From Octopus vulgaris (taxonomy: Eukaryota), in the NCBI GenBank assembly GCA_951406725.2, contig OX597816.1, positions 71,424,001 to 71,488,000 on the forward strand: DNA of 64,000 nucleotides, written 5' to 3'. The position numbers were made by a program, and so were the translations under genes. Below the pieces are notes generated by a model, which worked only from the letters and a program-made list of their open reading frames with translations, had not been told where the DNA came from and did not search any database. Of the stretch, positions 62,743-64,000 are shown piece by piece. How positions within the stretch are numbered: position 1 is the stretch's first letter; every line of letters starts with the position of its first letter.

Positions 62743-62966
62743 CAGTAATCCCTTGCCATATCGTGGTTCACCGATCACAGTTTATTATTTAAGCTTACAC
62801 CGATTCATCTGTGGTGTCGTTTTGCATTTATAATAAAATAAATGTATACAAATTATGAAAATAAGTTTTTAAAAATATACAGTACAGTACTGTTTCTACT
62901 TCATGGGTTTTCACCTATCATGGGGTGTTTTGGAGTGTAACACCTATGATACTCAAGGGGTTACTG
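62743..62966. mobile_element. pogo/Tigger-like MITE
   Basis: TIRs cagtaatcccttg / caaggggttactg; TA on the right flank (left flank reads TG). Confidence 0.6.
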
Positions 62967-63010
62967 TATATACATACACACACACATATATATATCACAT
63001 ATATATATAT

Positions 63011-63045
<35 letters not shown>

Positions 63046-63090
63046 CACACACTGAGGACAGGTAACCACCCAGAAACTCGAGTCTGTGTG
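63046..63090 (+). ncRNA. Type I hammerhead ribozyme motif (Penelope-like)
   Basis: CACACA-CTGAGGA-CAGGT AACC ACCCA-GAAA-CTCGAG-TC^TGTGTG; palindromic stem III ACTCGAGT, canonical GUC triplet. Confidence 0.75.
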
Positions 63091-63626
63091 TATCACGTAA
63101 AGCTAATCGGTCACAGAATGTGTGTCATTAGACAGCTGGAGGAGATGTCTTCTTGGGGCTATAAACATCAGTAGCACTGTCCTGTATAGGACACCACAAT
63201 TAGTTGGCAAATATATGTTACACCATATATATATATATATATATCATCATCATCATCATCATCGTTTAATGTCCGTTTTCCGCGCTAGCACGGGTTGGAC
63301 GGTTTCGACCGGGGTCTGGGGAGCTAGGGACTGCCCCAGGCTCCAGTCTAGTCTGGCAGTGTTTCTACAGCTGGATGCCCTTCCTAACGCCAACCACTCC
63401 GCGAGTGTAGTGGGTGTTTTTTACGTGCCACCTGCACAGGTGCCAGAGGGGTCTGGCATCGGCCACGTTCGGATGGTGCTTTTTATGTGGGGGGGGGGGG
63501 GGTGCAGAAATATATAGGGGAGCACCAGTGGGGAGGGGTGGTTCAGAGAAATGATGACAGGTTCTAGGCAAGTAGAATGTAGGATATCAAGAGAGGGGTA
63601 ATGCATGGTGAAATAGCGTATTGAAG

Positions 63627-63954
63627 GTGAGGGCGCGTGGCTTAGTGGTTAGGGCATTCGGCTCATGATCGTAAGGTTGTGAGTTCGATTCCCGGCGACG
63701 CGTTGTGTCCTTGAGCAAGACACTTTATTTCACGTTGCTCCAGTCCACTCAGCTGGCAAAAATGAGTTGTACTTGTATTTCAAAGGGTCAGCCTTGTCAC
63801 TCTCTGTGTCACGCTGATTATCCCTGAGAACTACGTTAAGGGTACACGTGTCTGTGGAATGCTCAGCCATTTGCACGTTAATTTCACGAGCAAGCTGTTC
63901 CGTTGATCGTATCAGCTGGGACCCTCGTCGTCGTAACCGGCGGAGTCTTCCATA
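63627..63954 (+). mobile_element. SINE family B (tRNA-derived head), young full-length copy with 12-bp TSD
   Basis: A box gtggcttagtgg, B box gagttcgattccc, ccttgagcaagacact; TSD agcgtattgaag at 63615-63626 and 63955-63966; CpGs retained. Older copy at about 13460-13775. Confidence 0.85.
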
Positions 63955-64000
63955 AGCGTATTGAAGAGGGGGGTTCCAAGAGTAGACACCTATAATGGTG

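Noticed and set aside
2305-63606. The many short [12 protein letters not shown] and SINE-derived ORFs in the track
   Set aside because: Artefacts of microsatellites and repeated SINE sequence; the same peptides recur at each copy.

Overview
AT-rich, microsatellite-laden eukaryotic DNA whose SINE content looks like a coleoid cephalopod, probably Octopus (pattern recognition, not a database result). The only protein-coding gene I can support is a minus-strand PAP2-superfamily gene of the phospholipid phosphatase-related (PLPPR/PRG) type. It has five coding exons: 41975-41776, 31532-31373, 15051-14934, 10338-10152 and 8377-8320. They have canonical GT-AG junctions in compatible phases and give 241 aa. 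The remaining 3' exons appear to lie left of position 1. The C1 motif (KxxxxxxRP) is intact but C2 reads PSMN instead of PSGH, so the protein is probably a pseudo-phosphatase. The rest is intronic or upstream DNA filled with about six SINE/retroposon families, mariner, piggyBac-like, pogo-like and Helentron-like non-autonomous elements, LINE relics and a CpG-decayed tRNA-Asp. The most interesting signals are at RNA level: (1) four or more distinct Penelope-type hammerhead ribozyme motifs, one with an intact core in sense to the gene's intron and one family with a non-canonical CUGUAGA core; (2) a retroposon family carrying variable-number tandem arrays of a compact H-type pseudoknot plus hairpin module. 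Repeat boundaries are approximate unless a TSD or TIR is quoted.
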